This document shows, piece by piece, positions 1-12,752 of a stretch of DNA of 64,000 bases. Source of the stretch: Octopus vulgaris (taxonomy: Eukaryota); assembly GCA_951406725.2 (NCBI GenBank), contig OX597819.1, positions 53,568,001-53,632,000 of the forward strand, read 5' to 3'. The stretch's first letter is position 1; each line of letters begins with the position of its first letter. The notes under the pieces are model-generated. The model searched no databases, was not told the DNA's origin, and worked only from the letters and a program-made list of their open reading frames with translations. A program made the position numbers and the translations under genes.

Positions 1-73
1 GACTTAACCATGTTCTAAAATAAGTCGAAAGGTAAGGTACTATAAATTGGCATGAACTTTCCAGACAACCCAA
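1..73. mobile_element. End of a mariner-type MITE/TIR
   Basis: gaactttccagacaacccaa followed by TA; similar to the ttgggttg-type TIR at 28461. Confidence 0.4.
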
Positions 74-544
74 TATTTTATTTTATTTTATTTTATTTTA
101 TACCAGTGTGTTTTGTAACTGTATTATCCAAGAAGGGATGGGCTAAACCATTATAATATGAGTCACATATTGTTTGAATAATAACAAAACCAATTACTGA
201 TATTTTGAATGCATTTAGTATGTACATTTCAAATGGTTATGTAACATAATGTTATACAGATAGCCATTCTTTTCAGTCACTTGTAATAACTGAACAGAGT
301 AGACAGCTACAAAGTACAAGTGGTAATGACATAGCCACAAAGGTTTGACATCTCCTACTCTTCTTATTACTGCAATTTCATGTTTTTGGGGTGTGTGGAT
401 AGATTAACAAATTTTGTTCAAGTTGCTCAGAATTTGTGCAGAACTCCCCAGTTTTTAACACTTTAAGCAATCACTTAATTAGCCTAGCATATATCATTAG
501 TCCTGGAAGTGACCCTTAGATTTTGTAGCCCTATCTACAATATC

Positions 545-960
545 CTTATCTATATGTCACCACCTGCCTGGAGCCTTTGAATCATCAACAGATCTAGCCG
601 GTGGCATGTAGCAAGTTGTCTTGTAGAAACTTCCAGGTGTCTTTTATTTTACAGGTCCCAGCTTCTGACCCCTTCTTGACATCTGTTTCAACTAGTACTT
701 CCCTGAAACTGTCTAGTAGGGAGGTCTTTCAGATTCTATATCTTCTGTCCTAAGAATGGCTTGTGATTCTGGATCCATCTAAGTTAACCACTTGACTATG
801 TTGAGAAGTATATTCTTCAGCAAGTTAAGACTTGGTATTCACAACTAACTGTCCATCTGGTTTCCTCTTGAATATAACTTTAACTGGCTTGTCTGTTTGT
901 CTGAGAAGTAGATGATCAGTTGGTTGGACATTTTGGTACATTCCTGAAGTCAGAGAGTCA
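545..960 (-). mobile_element. Degraded RTE-type LINE fragment
   Basis: Minus-strand residual coding similarity to the RTE region between endonuclease and RT (TWKFLQDNLL-like); many stops. Confidence 0.45.
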
Positions 961-1490
961 GTTCATAGACACACACACACTGCAGACAGACAGACAGACA
1001 CACACACACAGATACATACATACATACATACATACACATACTCAAGCATGCACACACACACTTAGCTGTTACTCTGTAGTAAGTATGATGACCTGATTGC
1101 TCAAAATAAGTTCAATATGCTTGGGAATTGTCAAAGACATGCTTTAATTTTTCTGAAACTGAATAAAATAAATAAAATAATGATGAATACATATGTACTT
1201 GTACATGATGAATAAAATGGATGATAATAATGATAATGTGGTATAAATAAAATGACAAATGTTTTGGTGCTTGACTTTTGTCCCACCCTATATACACATA
1301 CACCCATGCACACACTCACATAATATACTAACTTAAAAGCTGCACTCAGTATGGACTTTTAAGCTAGCTCCTGCAGAGGACTAATTGGGCCTACAACCCA
1401 AAACTAAATAGCATGGCTATAATATGTATATAAAAACTATATGCTTCGGTGGTGTTTGATCAGAGGTTAAAGATGGATGAGAATTAATTC

Positions 1491-1929
1491 TGTAATACAA
1501 TCATTCTATTGTTCCAGTCCCAAGTTGAATTCCATCTGTTGGTTTATTTGTAGCAGCACAAACAGCCAGCACCATATTGGATGAGATCTCGCGGCAGCCA
1601 TTGTCATCTCCGAGACTGGAGTGAGACCTCACCTGCATCCATTTGCCATGCGCGAAATCACAACGAGGCTCATGATGGAGAAAACTATATAAACAGGAAA
1701 CCGATTCAGACCAGCCTCTTTTGGTGCCATTTACATCACAGCATTGATTGAACACCAACACTGGCAGAGCCCTCTGCCTGTCTATCTCCAGTGGCTATGC
1801 ACCCACACTATTGGAGCTTGAGATGGTAGCTGAGAGCAGCACACTTCACCTTTCTTGTAAATAAACCAGTTGTAAATAGCAGATGTACTTGAAGTTCTTT
1901 CTCTTCACCTGCCGAAAGCCTGAACTACA
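1491..1929 (+). mobile_element. Possible solo LTR
   Basis: TGTA...TACA ends, TATA-like ctatataaa at ~1686, AATAAA at ~1860; no clear target-site duplication. Confidence 0.4.
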
Positions 1930-2324
1930 TAAAAAACAAGATGAATGATGGGAGGAGATGATATTCCTTTGATATCATAAACATTGCCTTCCATTTATAA
2001 AAATTTGTCCCAAAGTTCTTCAGGTTAGGGTTAGGATTAATGAAGTGAATGTCATTTATCACCCCCTTGATTTGATGTCATCTGACAAACACCAACCAAG
2101 ATGATGTGAATCTGCTAAGCTTTACCTGTTAAAAATAGCAACCTAAATGCGTTAAATCAGATCCTAATGCTGGATATTCAAGAACCAAATGAAATGCAGA
2201 TTTTCAATCCCTGGATCTTCCTGATACCAAAAAGGTATAATATGTCTATATAGAGCAAATGTAGACTGAGATACAAGAGTGCCAGACGGACAGACAGAAT
2301 TTCACTTTTATTGATATAGATATA

Positions 2325-2862
2325 CAGGGTTATTCAAAAAGAAAGAGCAGATTTCAAATTCATTTTTGAAACAAATGCTAAGAGACACAAACTCATTCTA
2401 CATATTTCTTGATAAGGGAATGTTTAAAGCTTATAGCTGAACACGATCAATTGAATTAAGCCTTAAATAACATAATATTTTAATTTTGCTTTAATGTTTC
2501 ATTTTGTTCATTTTATTTAAAGTTGTATAATTTTGATTTGTGTAATCCCTTAGAAAATAAGTCTTTTTGTGTGCTGCAGTTTGAGAAATGCGAATTGATT
2601 GTGCAAGTGCAATGTGAATTTCACTGCCAATTCAATAAAAATCCACCCTGTCACAAGCAAATTTACAAATGGCATAAAAATTTCACTGAAAAAGGTTGCA
2701 TTTGTAAAGAAAAAAGCACTGGTGCTTATGGTATGTGCATACTACCTTAAAATAAGCTTTAAACCTTCCCCTACAAAGACATATGTAGAATATGTTTGTG
2801 TCTCTTAACGTGTTTTTTTAACAATAAATTTAAAATCTGCTCTTGCTTTTTGAATAATCCTG
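2325..2862 (+). mobile_element. Internally deleted Tc1/mariner element with N-terminal HTH (DUF4817-like) remnant
   Basis: TIRs cagggttattcaaaaagaaagagcagattt / aaatctgctcttgctttttgaataatcctg with TA on the left. ORF 2523..2750 contains FCVLQF...VQCEF...NPP...IYKWHKNFTEKGCICKEKSTG. Confidence 0.8.
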
Positions 2863-2939
2863 ATTATATATATAAACAAAATTGAACACACATATACAAG
2901 GTGTGTGTGTGTGTATGTTGTTAGTGCATTTTAGACATA

Positions 2940-3482
2940 AGATGGGTTGAGGTAGGGGTTCACCAAGGATCAGTCCTCAGCTCCCTCTTATTCATCATTG
3001 TCCTCCAGGCAATAACAGAGGAATTCAAGACAGGCTGTCCCTGGGAGCTTTTCTATACTGATGACCTTGCTCTAGTAGCTGAGTCACTACCAGAACTAGA
3101 GCATAAGTTTCAGGTGTAGAAGCAAGGTCTAGAATCGAAGGGCCTTAGAGTCAATCTAGCAAAAACCAAAGTCTTAGTAAGTAGGAAGGCAAACATATCA
3201 CAAATCTCTTCAGGTAGATGGCTCTTCACAATCCTTTCAGGTAGAAACTCCATAAGATGTGCCAGGTGTAAGCTATGGACACATAAGAGGTGCAGCAGTA
3301 TCAAAGGAAGGTTAACTGGGAAGATAGCTTTTGCATGTAACAGATGTACAGGGGCAATATATACTGAAGATGTATAGAAAACAGATTCCACTACATGCTA
3401 GGGGGAAAAACTAGAAGTAGTTGAAGGCTTCCATTACCTAGGTGACCAAGTCAGTAGTGGGGTGGATGCTCTGAGAGCATAG
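2940..3482 (+). mobile_element. RTE-clade LINE reverse transcriptase fragment
   Basis: GVHQGSVLSSLLFIIVLQAITEEFKTGCPWELFYTDDLAL...GLRVNLAKTKV, a Cys/His insert (CKLWTHKRC), then F-YLGD. Confidence 0.88.
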
Positions 3483-4762
3483 CTTAATGTCAGCTGTCAT
3501 CCCCTAGTTTATGAAAAAAATACAACTATCCTTTGTATAGGACTGTGTGATTCACAGTTCCAGCAACACGGGTGTTTGGCTGCTGTACGCATGCTCACAT
3601 GTCCAAGATAGGAAGCTTCATGCTAGGGAGAGAGAGCACTGTCGTTCATGCAGTGCCAGTGAAAGGTAATGTTTCTTTTTGACTCTGCATGTGTTGTGCT
3701 TAAAAACATGTTTATATTCTTGAATGTGATAAAGTGTAGAATTAGAGTATTATCCTGCTTCCAGCTTCAGTCTTGCAGCTGGGATTTGAAAAATAGAGCA
3801 GATTTTCCCCCTTTATTTTGTGATTTATGGCAGTGTTTTTAAAAACAAGGGGGAATTTGTGGTGGTGTTCAGTAGACAAATTAAACACTACCCGGCAGTG
3901 GCTAAAACGTGAACCAATCAAATTTATGTATAAGTATTCTTTTTTATGTTTGTTTCCTTTTACACGATATTAAAACAACGGCTAAACATTTTCTAAAGCA
4001 GCACCCTCACTAATTTTATCTACAAGCCACCACTGGATCTATGTAACTTCATAAATATATTATATTGGTCTTATTGGCATATTTACATACCTTCAAATTA
4101 TGTACCTGCAGCATTGATGTTTTGTAATGTATCGTTTAAAAGACTATAATATGACAGAGAAAAATTAAGATTCTTGAAAATGTATTATTACTGACTTTTT
4201 TCTAACATTAAATTGGCGACAGATGATTCAAATTTACCAGTGAGGGGTAACATCTATGCTCTTCCCTGAGACGACAGTGATTTGTACTCTCAGCCATAAA
4301 TATGCCAAGCAGATGCACTGTCATATAAGCTTACAATGCATATGTAATTATTTCTCCATTCAAATATTTATTTCAGTGGTTCTCATCCTTTTACATAGAA
4401 AGACTAACATTTTCTAAATAAAGTTGTTTAGCCACATGTTAGGCAATCCAGATCCACAACTAAAGACTGGCTGATCTCATCTATGATCAAGGACTTCCAA
4501 GATGGGACTACTCAGCCTTTTCCCAGACACAGTGTATGTCTTTTACATTAATTGATAGTAGGGTGTGAAATGAGAGAGAGTTGGCAGCTACTTCTAGCAC
4601 ATTGACAATCACATACTCCCTTGTTGGTTTGTTCCAAACAAAATATGAATAAAGGTAACATCAAGAATAATTCTTAAATGTTATTATAACACACAAACAC
4701 ACATCTGTAGGCATTACGTTGCCATGATATTAATAATTTAAATTCAGTATTGACTGTGCATA

Positions 4763-5362
4763 AGGTGGTGAGCTAGCAGAATCAAGGCGGCGAGCTGGTA
4801 GAAACGTTAGCACGCCGGGTGAAATGCTTAGTGGTATTTCGTCTGCGTTACGTTGTGAGTTCAAATTCCGCCGAGGTCGACTTTGCCTTTCATCCTTTCG
4901 GGGTCGATAAATTAAGTATCAGTTACGCACTGGGGTCGATGTAATCGACTTAATACCTATGTCTGTCCTTGTTTGTCCCCTCTGTGTTTAGCCCCTTGTG
5001 GGTAATAAAGAAATAGGTATTTCGTCTGCGGTTACGTTCTGAGTTCAAATTCTGTCGAGGTCGACTTTGCCTTTCATCCTTTCGGGGTCGATTAAATAAG
5101 TACCAGTTACGCACTGGAGGTCGATATAATCAACTGAATCCGTTTGTCTGTCCTCTCTGTGTTTAACCCCTTGTGGGTAGTAAAGAAATAGGTGATCTGG
5201 CAGAATCGTTAGCACGCCGCCCAAAAATGTTAGCGGCATTTCATACATCTTAACGTTCTGCCTTTTGGAGGCGATAAAATAAGTACCAGTTCAACACAGA
5301 GGTCCATAGAATTGACTTATCCCTCTCCTGAAATCGCTGGCCTAGTGCCAAAATTTGAAACC
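4763..5362 (+). mobile_element. Nested/tandem tRNA-derived SINEs (family A)
   Basis: A-box-like ggcggcgagctggtagaa and B-box gagttcaaattcc. Tandem unit 4833-5015 / 5016-5190. More copies at ~40235-40442 and ~40915-41125. Confidence 0.85.
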
Positions 5363-5899
5363 AACAGACCGTCAAAACCTCATTCAATTAACTACACCGG
5401 CTTCCCAGAACCGAATCTTTTGCAGCAAGCAAGGAACGACTTTTAGAAGAGTTGAGTCTAACATTTAATCTTCATTCTCATCAATCTCTTTTCACTTCAG
5501 CTATGTCCTTATGAAATAATTCCCTCTCTTTTTTCAAGCCACTTGAAGGAGTATTTGTATAGGCTATTTAGGGGCAACCAGCGGGGAATTTTGAATGGCA
5601 CGCCTAATGAAAAATTACTTTTCATTTTCTTAGTAGTTGCCTGATGATGAACAATGTTTCATGTGACCTGCTTCTTGAAAAACGGTTGCTCATGCTTGGT
5701 ATAAAATACTCTGAGTCCGTTCTCACTTAAAACTGTTTTAGTTGTGTTGCTAACGCCCTCAGGAGATATGTTACAGTCGCCTATGGTTCTTCCCTTTAAG
5801 TCTGACTCCTCTGGCAGAGAATGTAATACCTATTTGTTTTAGCAAGTCACAAAACCAATCTTCGAAGAGCATTAACTCTAGTTTGACCTAACGTATTAC

Positions 5900-8244
5900 T
5901 GGTTCTTGTTTTATCGAACCGCCCCACCTCAGGCAGCTGAAAAGCTGAGTCAACGCTGTACAAATTTTTGAGATAAAAATATAACTAAATACTACATAGC
6001 GTTCAGTAGTTGCTCGTTGTCAACAAGTAATATTAATAAATACGACTACATATTTATATATATATATATTACTGAGAGAAACGAACGATTGTCATTGCTT
6101 TCTAGAAAAATTGAGGTTATGAACAAGTAGTAGCAGTGTTAAGATAAAGCTTGCTAAATCCTGTTGCAGAACGAACAATTTAAGATTTTATGTGTTTAAA
6201 AGCAATATCAACGTTAAATAAAACCTGAAAATGTGCTATTATTTCTGATATATAATACATTAATTTAGCGACCTTTAGTGGAAATAAATAATTAAATTAT
6301 ATATAAGTGTCTGCATGTATGTATATATACATATACACATATATTTCTGAATGTGTATGCATGTAAAAATGATCAAAACACTAATTTCGTCGGCATCATA
6401 CGCGTTTTATGTTAGGATAAAATAGGTTTGTCCACTTGATGTTCCAGTACTATAAAAGTGGTATAAAGAGGCACGAAAAAACTACAATTATCATAGTTGA
6501 CGTCACATGTCAAAGCCTTCTGGTTTAGTCCATTATAATGTTTAGGGTTTATTGAATCTTGCATCGTCATTTCAATTATTTCTTATTTTAAATGTTTTGA
6601 AACAGATTAAATTTTTTTTTGCTATTTACTCTCGATTATGTTTTCCATTTTACTGTACATTAGCAGAATTGATTTTATTTGAATACAAACATTTGTTTTT
6701 ATTTAGTCTAAATTTATAGTGCGAATCTATCGTACCTTTTTTTAGGTCAGATCTATAAACCGCCATTCCTGAAATCTTTAATGATGTGCATGAAGCATTC
6801 TTGAGGTATTCTTTATAATTTCTGTTATATATTGACCCATGCTTGACCAACGTTAAATAGCTATTATTAGTATTTGTTAACTTTTAACACTCTTTCATGT
6901 TTTAGTTTTAAGTAATGAACATCGAGTCAATTTTATTCCCAAATCATTGTGTACCTTGATCGTACATGCTTTCCCTTTTGCTTGCAGTCTAAATGTAATG
7001 GTTAGGCGTATTTTTCCCTTGTTTTTCCCCGCCGCTGTCCACATCTCACTTTATTTCACTATATATATATAAAAAAAGATACCCTTTTCTAGATAGTTGT
7101 ACTTATATATAAATAATATGCATATTTATATATATTGAGAGGAAGAGACAATCTTGCATATGAAATAGATTCGGTTTGATTGACAATTAACACCTGGCAC
7201 CGAGGGTTTTTATTTTCCATGATATGTTGTATCAGTCCTAAATATTGCTTCCACTTTGAGCAAACCTTCGATTCCACTTGATGACAGACACTACTAAATG
7301 CTTTCTTCCTCCCATATTAAAATCTCATTGCCGCGCTAGTCTATCGTTTTTAATTCCCTTCCTTAATTAAATGACTACTAATTAATACATTTATAAACAA
7401 AATTATATGTAATGTACACACACACCTCCGCCTTCTACGGGTATATATAAACATACACCTATATAATACACAACTTATATATATATATATATAAATAATA
7501 CACAATTTATATAATATATATATACACATACATATATACATATAGTCTTGTTAGGTGACTGATCGTATTGGACGTATATTTGTAGCAATATATTTTGAAA
7601 CCATTTTGTTTTTGTATTGATATTTACATTGTTAAAGGTTGTTGCGAAGAGCTAAGTATACCTGACATTTAATAAACATTTGAGAAAAGAAAGAAAAAAA
7701 AAACGGAAACTATACTAAAATTAACTTGTGTATATATATTGCTCTATGCAAATTGTTATCTACTTCTTATGACTATATATATATGTGTGTGTATATATAG
7801 TTGTACGCATTTTTTGTTAGGAAAATATCTCAGCCAGTGTTCAACAAATAAGACGAGGAGGTAGGCAGCAGCAGTCGTACCCTTGTTGTTTGCTTTATAT
7901 AGCGTACAGTACTGTATTCCTTCATGTTCCGCCATTATACATGTCGTTTGTATCATCGTTTCATTTCGTCTCACCACAACAAATCTTCTTTAAACTGCAA
8001 ATAGAACTGTCTTGCAAATAGTTTCTGCTCTGCTTCTTCGAAATTCAGAATTAAATTACCTCATTGAAAAATGTTTTTCTTCATCGTGACTGTGTTCATA
8101 GCAGCTGATACATAAATACATGTTTGTGTGTGTGTGTATGTATATATATATATCTATATATATATATATATATATATAGCGAGTGGTCAATTCTGCCTTG
8201 TAGGCAATTGTATATATTTATTGGCATGATTGAAAAGAACACAT

Positions 8245-8277
<33 letters not shown>

Positions 8278-9500
8278 CAGGCTTTTCGTTTCGATGGTTA
8301 AATTATTAAGGAGACAGCCAGTCAAACCATCTTTTAAATCTTGATTTACAATAGTAATATCTAGTTACAAATATTTAGTTACACTGATCTAGCTGGTAGT
8401 ATTAACTAACATATCAGAGCTGTTGCTCGGATTTAAGCACTATCGTGTCTGTTGGTTGACGTATTTTAAATTCGGACAATATTATGTATGTTATATTATC
8501 AATATGAACCTATCTGTGGATAGTTCCTTTGTCTGCTTTCGGTATTGATTGGCATCGGAATAATTATAACTTATCGATTTGAGGATCTATTCGTAATCTG
8601 CTATCGCACAACTACTATAATCGGTATCCACCCCTCGTCTCCAACATATTGATGATGTTGCTAAGCTTCTTTTTTTTAAATTTTCTTTTCTTTATTCTCT
8701 TAAATTCTACAATTTACTTATTCATAAATCGGTTTATGATCATGCATGAGCATATATAGTCATCTTCATCCATGTTGCAGACATTAAAAAAAAAATCTTG
8801 TAAACTCAAAATAGTTGCTGTACGTCATTTGAATGAAGCTTTCTACCCTGGTTGCTTCCTGTGCTAATTTTGTAATACACGTTGTTAAACCAGAATTGCT
8901 TCATGTTCTTACCAACAGGTCACTCCTAATCGCGCAAGCCTACTATCAAAGGCGCTCTAGTCAAAACCATCCAATCTTTTGTATATCTGGGCATACATTG
9001 TCTTTTTTCGAGAGAGATTTAGCTGTTATTTCTAGTAGGTCCCTTGATCGAATTGCTTCGTGATGTTTTGCTGCCGGTCAGTTCTCTCCGAGTACACATG
9101 ATCAAAGGCGTTTCAGCCACGACAATATTGTCTTCTACAATATCAATGTCTTTTTAAAGATGGTTAAATGCGATTCGAGTGAGATTCAGCTATTATTTCT
9201 AGCAACCTGAGTGACCTTTCAGGCTTTGCTCCTCGTAGGCTCGACGAATGCTTTCTGCATTTTGATTTAGTTCAAATCTATTGACCTGTCTCATTCCTTA
9301 CTGATACCATATCCACCCCCTCTACACGTTATTTGTTAACTCTTGACATCATTTTTAAAACGACTGTTTTAAGCATTTAGTACGCGCAAACCAGCTAACG
9401 TGTGAAAACTTATCCACCGGTTTTCCATCACAAAATAATCCTTCTTAACGTTTCAGATTGTGGAGTTGGAAATCCACAGAGCTAATTATTAATTAACAAT
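5900..9500. promoter_or_regulatory. CpG-retaining probable promoter / 5'UTR region of the cyclophilin gene
   Basis: Visibly more CG dinucleotides than the CpG-depleted introns. TATAAAAG at 6451-6458, CRE TGACGTCA at 6498-6505, YY1-like CCGCCATT at ~6760 and 7929. Candidate non-coding exon 7821-7860 (ttag|...gag|gtaggc). TSS not determinable. Confidence 0.5.
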
Positions 9501-10589
9501 CAAGCGATTTTTAAGAAATGTGTTTCATTTAAAGTAAATCAGTGGCAGTTAAATATAAAGTATCTTTTATCATTTATTTGTTTCCTCATTGGACTGCGGT
9601 CATGTTGGGGCATAGCTGGGGGAGGGTTTAGTCAATCAAATCGACAGCAGTAATTTTAAAAAAAGTTTGTTACTTATTCTATCGGTTCTTTTACCGACCC
9701 GCTAAGTTATGGGTATGTAAACAAACCAACACCAGTTGTCAAGATGTGACAGGAGTATAAACACATGTATTTATATGTATATATATATATATATCTTTTT
9801 ATCTTTTTTTTTGTATCCTTCACCCTCATTTAATCCTAATCAAGCAAACTTATCAAAAGCATTCTTGTTGTGACCTTTCTGTGTTTTCTTTAATGTCAGG
9901 GCCACATAGTCCAATGTAATGTCGCTCTTCTTTTTTTTAATATGTTAGGGTGTGACCTGAGAGAAAATTTAGTTGCTATTTCTATCAGATTATCAGTATA
10001 GAGGGTTATCCCTTGTTTCATCATCATGATTTGACCTCCATGTTCCTTGCTGACATGGGTTGCACACTTTGGTGGTCCATGGTGATTGAAGTTATGGGGT
10101 TATGGGACCATCTCTAACTACTGCAGCTTTAAAATCCTCTTTAGCAACAGATTCAGCCTTCAATAATTATGTTTATATCTAGGGAAGTATAAAACTAGAC
10201 GGTAATGTTTGAACTAAATTATCTAGTGTTTAGTCTTCACCACTATTAAAAGGTCATTTAGCTGAATTGTAGTATCTTTTCAGTTATTTGGTCGAGTCTG
10301 TTTGCAAGTATTATTTCAATCAACCAAATTTCGTTTGGAAACATGCTGATGAAACAAAATTTATTTAAACAATTGATCATAGATATTATTATGAAACTTC
10401 AGAAACAGAAAGTGCATAATGATAGTGAACATAAAAAATATAAATTCTTATTCTTATAGAGTTGTAGTTTACAAAACTGCAAAAATTGGTGGGACAAATT
10501 TTATGATGATTTCCAAAATCGGTAGAACCAACTATTTATGCAGCAAACTTAGGATCAAAGATGGTCAAAATTTATGGATAGAAGCTAAA

Positions 10590-10872
10590 TCATCATCATC
10601 GCTTAACGTCTGCTTTCCATGCTAGCATGGGTTGGACGATTTGACTGAGGACTGGCGAACCACATGGCTGCACCAGGCTCCAATCTTGATCTGGCAGAGT
10701 TTCTACAGCTGGATGCCCTTCTTAATGCCAACCACTCCAAGAGTGTAGTGGGTGCTTTTACATGCCACCGACACGAGGGCCAGTCAGGCTGTACTGGCAA
10801 TGGCCACGCTCGAATGGTGTTTTTTACGTACCACCTGCACAGGAGCCAGTCCAGCGGCACTGGCAACGACCA
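10590..10872 (-). mobile_element. Short interspersed repeat sharing the RTE 3' end (family C)
   Basis: (cat)n tail, ttccatgctagcatggg and ctggatgcccttc-taa-gccaaccac core. Many copies: ~11770, ~15000, ~19140, 29290-29530, 30680-30852, 31540-31882, 36925-37290, 51770-52022, 56480-56680, 61500-61722, 63130-63537. Confidence 0.85.
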
Positions 10873-12688
10873 TATATTTAAAATATGAATAATCAATGAA
10901 GAGCAAAGCATGAAACTATGTTTATCAGATAGCACTTAATTTACTCCTTAAAACAAGTCAGTTTAGTCTTAATTCAGTTAAAGAAAAATAAAAGGAAAGT
11001 AAAGAACAATTACATTTAGCAGAGGCAGGTACAAATTAATACTCAGTATATGCATCATCCACTCTGAATCCCGGTGCTTCTTATATTGGTCTATTCATAG
11101 CTTTGATTAAATGCATGTTGTAGAGCAGTCATTTTTGAACAAAACTATACCAAAAACGTTAGGTTATGACTAGAACATCAAAAGAAATTAAAAGCAAAGG
11201 TATCAGAGGGGCAATGCAGATAAATTTATTTGTGAATTATAGTCTGGCTTACAATATGTTGCTTACCCTTTTTAAATGAACTGAATTAAACTTTGTAAGT
11301 GTTTGACTGAAAGAAGATTAGAAGCCTAAGAATGGTTGAAATAAAAAAAATCAACTTATAAATAAAAGAAACCCTTGAATCCATCACTGTACGCACACAC
11401 ACAGTCGCATATCTATGTATGTACCCACACATCTACATGCATAGGTACATCATGATCTATACACACGCAGACAACAGTCGATTCCAATGAAAAATGTGAA
11501 CAAAATGAGATACTTATAGAAATATAGCATAGCAATGTCTTTTGATGATGTCAGGCAAATCAAACATACTGTAGCTCGTTGTAGGATATAAATAATATAT
11601 GCACTTTCTTTTCAGGAAATCTGTAAGTTTGACTTTAAAAAAAAGTTATACTCTGGTGAAATTAAGAAATCTTACTTGTTTAGTCTGAGAAAAGGGGCAT
11701 TTTCCATGCCCTTTGCCAGTCCTTGTGGACTGGTGAGATCAGTGCCATTAATATTCCTTTTGAACCTTTCGTCATCATCATTTAACATCTGTCTTCCATG
11801 CTGGCATGAGTTGGATGGTTTGCAGGATGTCCTTCCTAATGCCAACCACTGGGTGTCTTTCATGTGGAACCAGCACAACTGTTTTTTTATGTGGTACCAG
11901 TGGGGTCATCCAGTAGCTTGCAAGACAACGACCTCTCAGCTGAGAGAGGGAGTGGAACCAAGGGAAGTGTCTGTGAGCCAGGTGGGAGGTTAGAGTATAA
12001 TATTTGCAGGAAAGTTATGTATAAGGATGGAGTTCCAGAAGGACTGGATGTAGTGATTAATGTGGAGTCTGGGGTGAGTGTGGGACATCTTAAGAGTATG
12101 AAAGGGAAGAGCTGAGTTGGACTGGAATACCTGAGTAGAACTGATATGAACCCAGCTAACTCCAAGGAGCAGAGGGTGATGTGATAGCAGTAGAAAAGGC
12201 AGAGTAAGAGACCGTAAGTGCTGGTCCACAGGCATATTGTATTTCTGAGTGATTTTATGCCAGTCAGTTTCAAGGTGAAATTGTATATTTTTTAGATTGA
12301 AAATAGTTACTCACATGGATGTGCAAGGAAAGACAAAATTTGCATGCAAGCAAATTTTTGTGCAATCAACAGCAAAAAATTATAACATTGATTATGGGTT
12401 AGTATTTTATGCCAAAGATGATGAAAATTAGGTGAACTTAATTGTGTGAAATTTAGGAGTCTTTGAAAAGTCTGGACTTGAGAGTGTGATGATGATGGTG
12501 ATAGATTACATTTGAGCAAACCCACCCAATCAGTGTTCAAACTATTGAATAATCTTGATGTTTTTTTTTTTGTATTTAGAGTTTTGTTTTTAATTTTAAA
12601 CATTTTCTGGATATCTAAGACCTTAAATCATTTATATTGACTTCCATCCTATTTATTAAAATTCTTTGGTTCTTTTTTTCTTTCCAGC

Positions 12689-12752
12689 ATGACTGTTAAC
12701 GGAACGTACCGTCCTCGGTGCTTTTTTGACGTGGAGACCAATGGACGTGCAT
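12689..12752 (+). CDS. PPIG/NKTR: Coding exon 1 ([21 protein letters not shown])
   Basis: Polypyrimidine tract and cag|c immediately precede the ATG, so an upstream 5'UTR exon must exist. Donor t|gtgagt. RPRCFFD is a cyclophilin N-terminus. Confidence 0.93.

Noticed and set aside
4785-4880. tRNA gene
   Set aside because: A/B-box-like motifs continue into a SINE body repeated elsewhere in the window; no clean cloverleaf.
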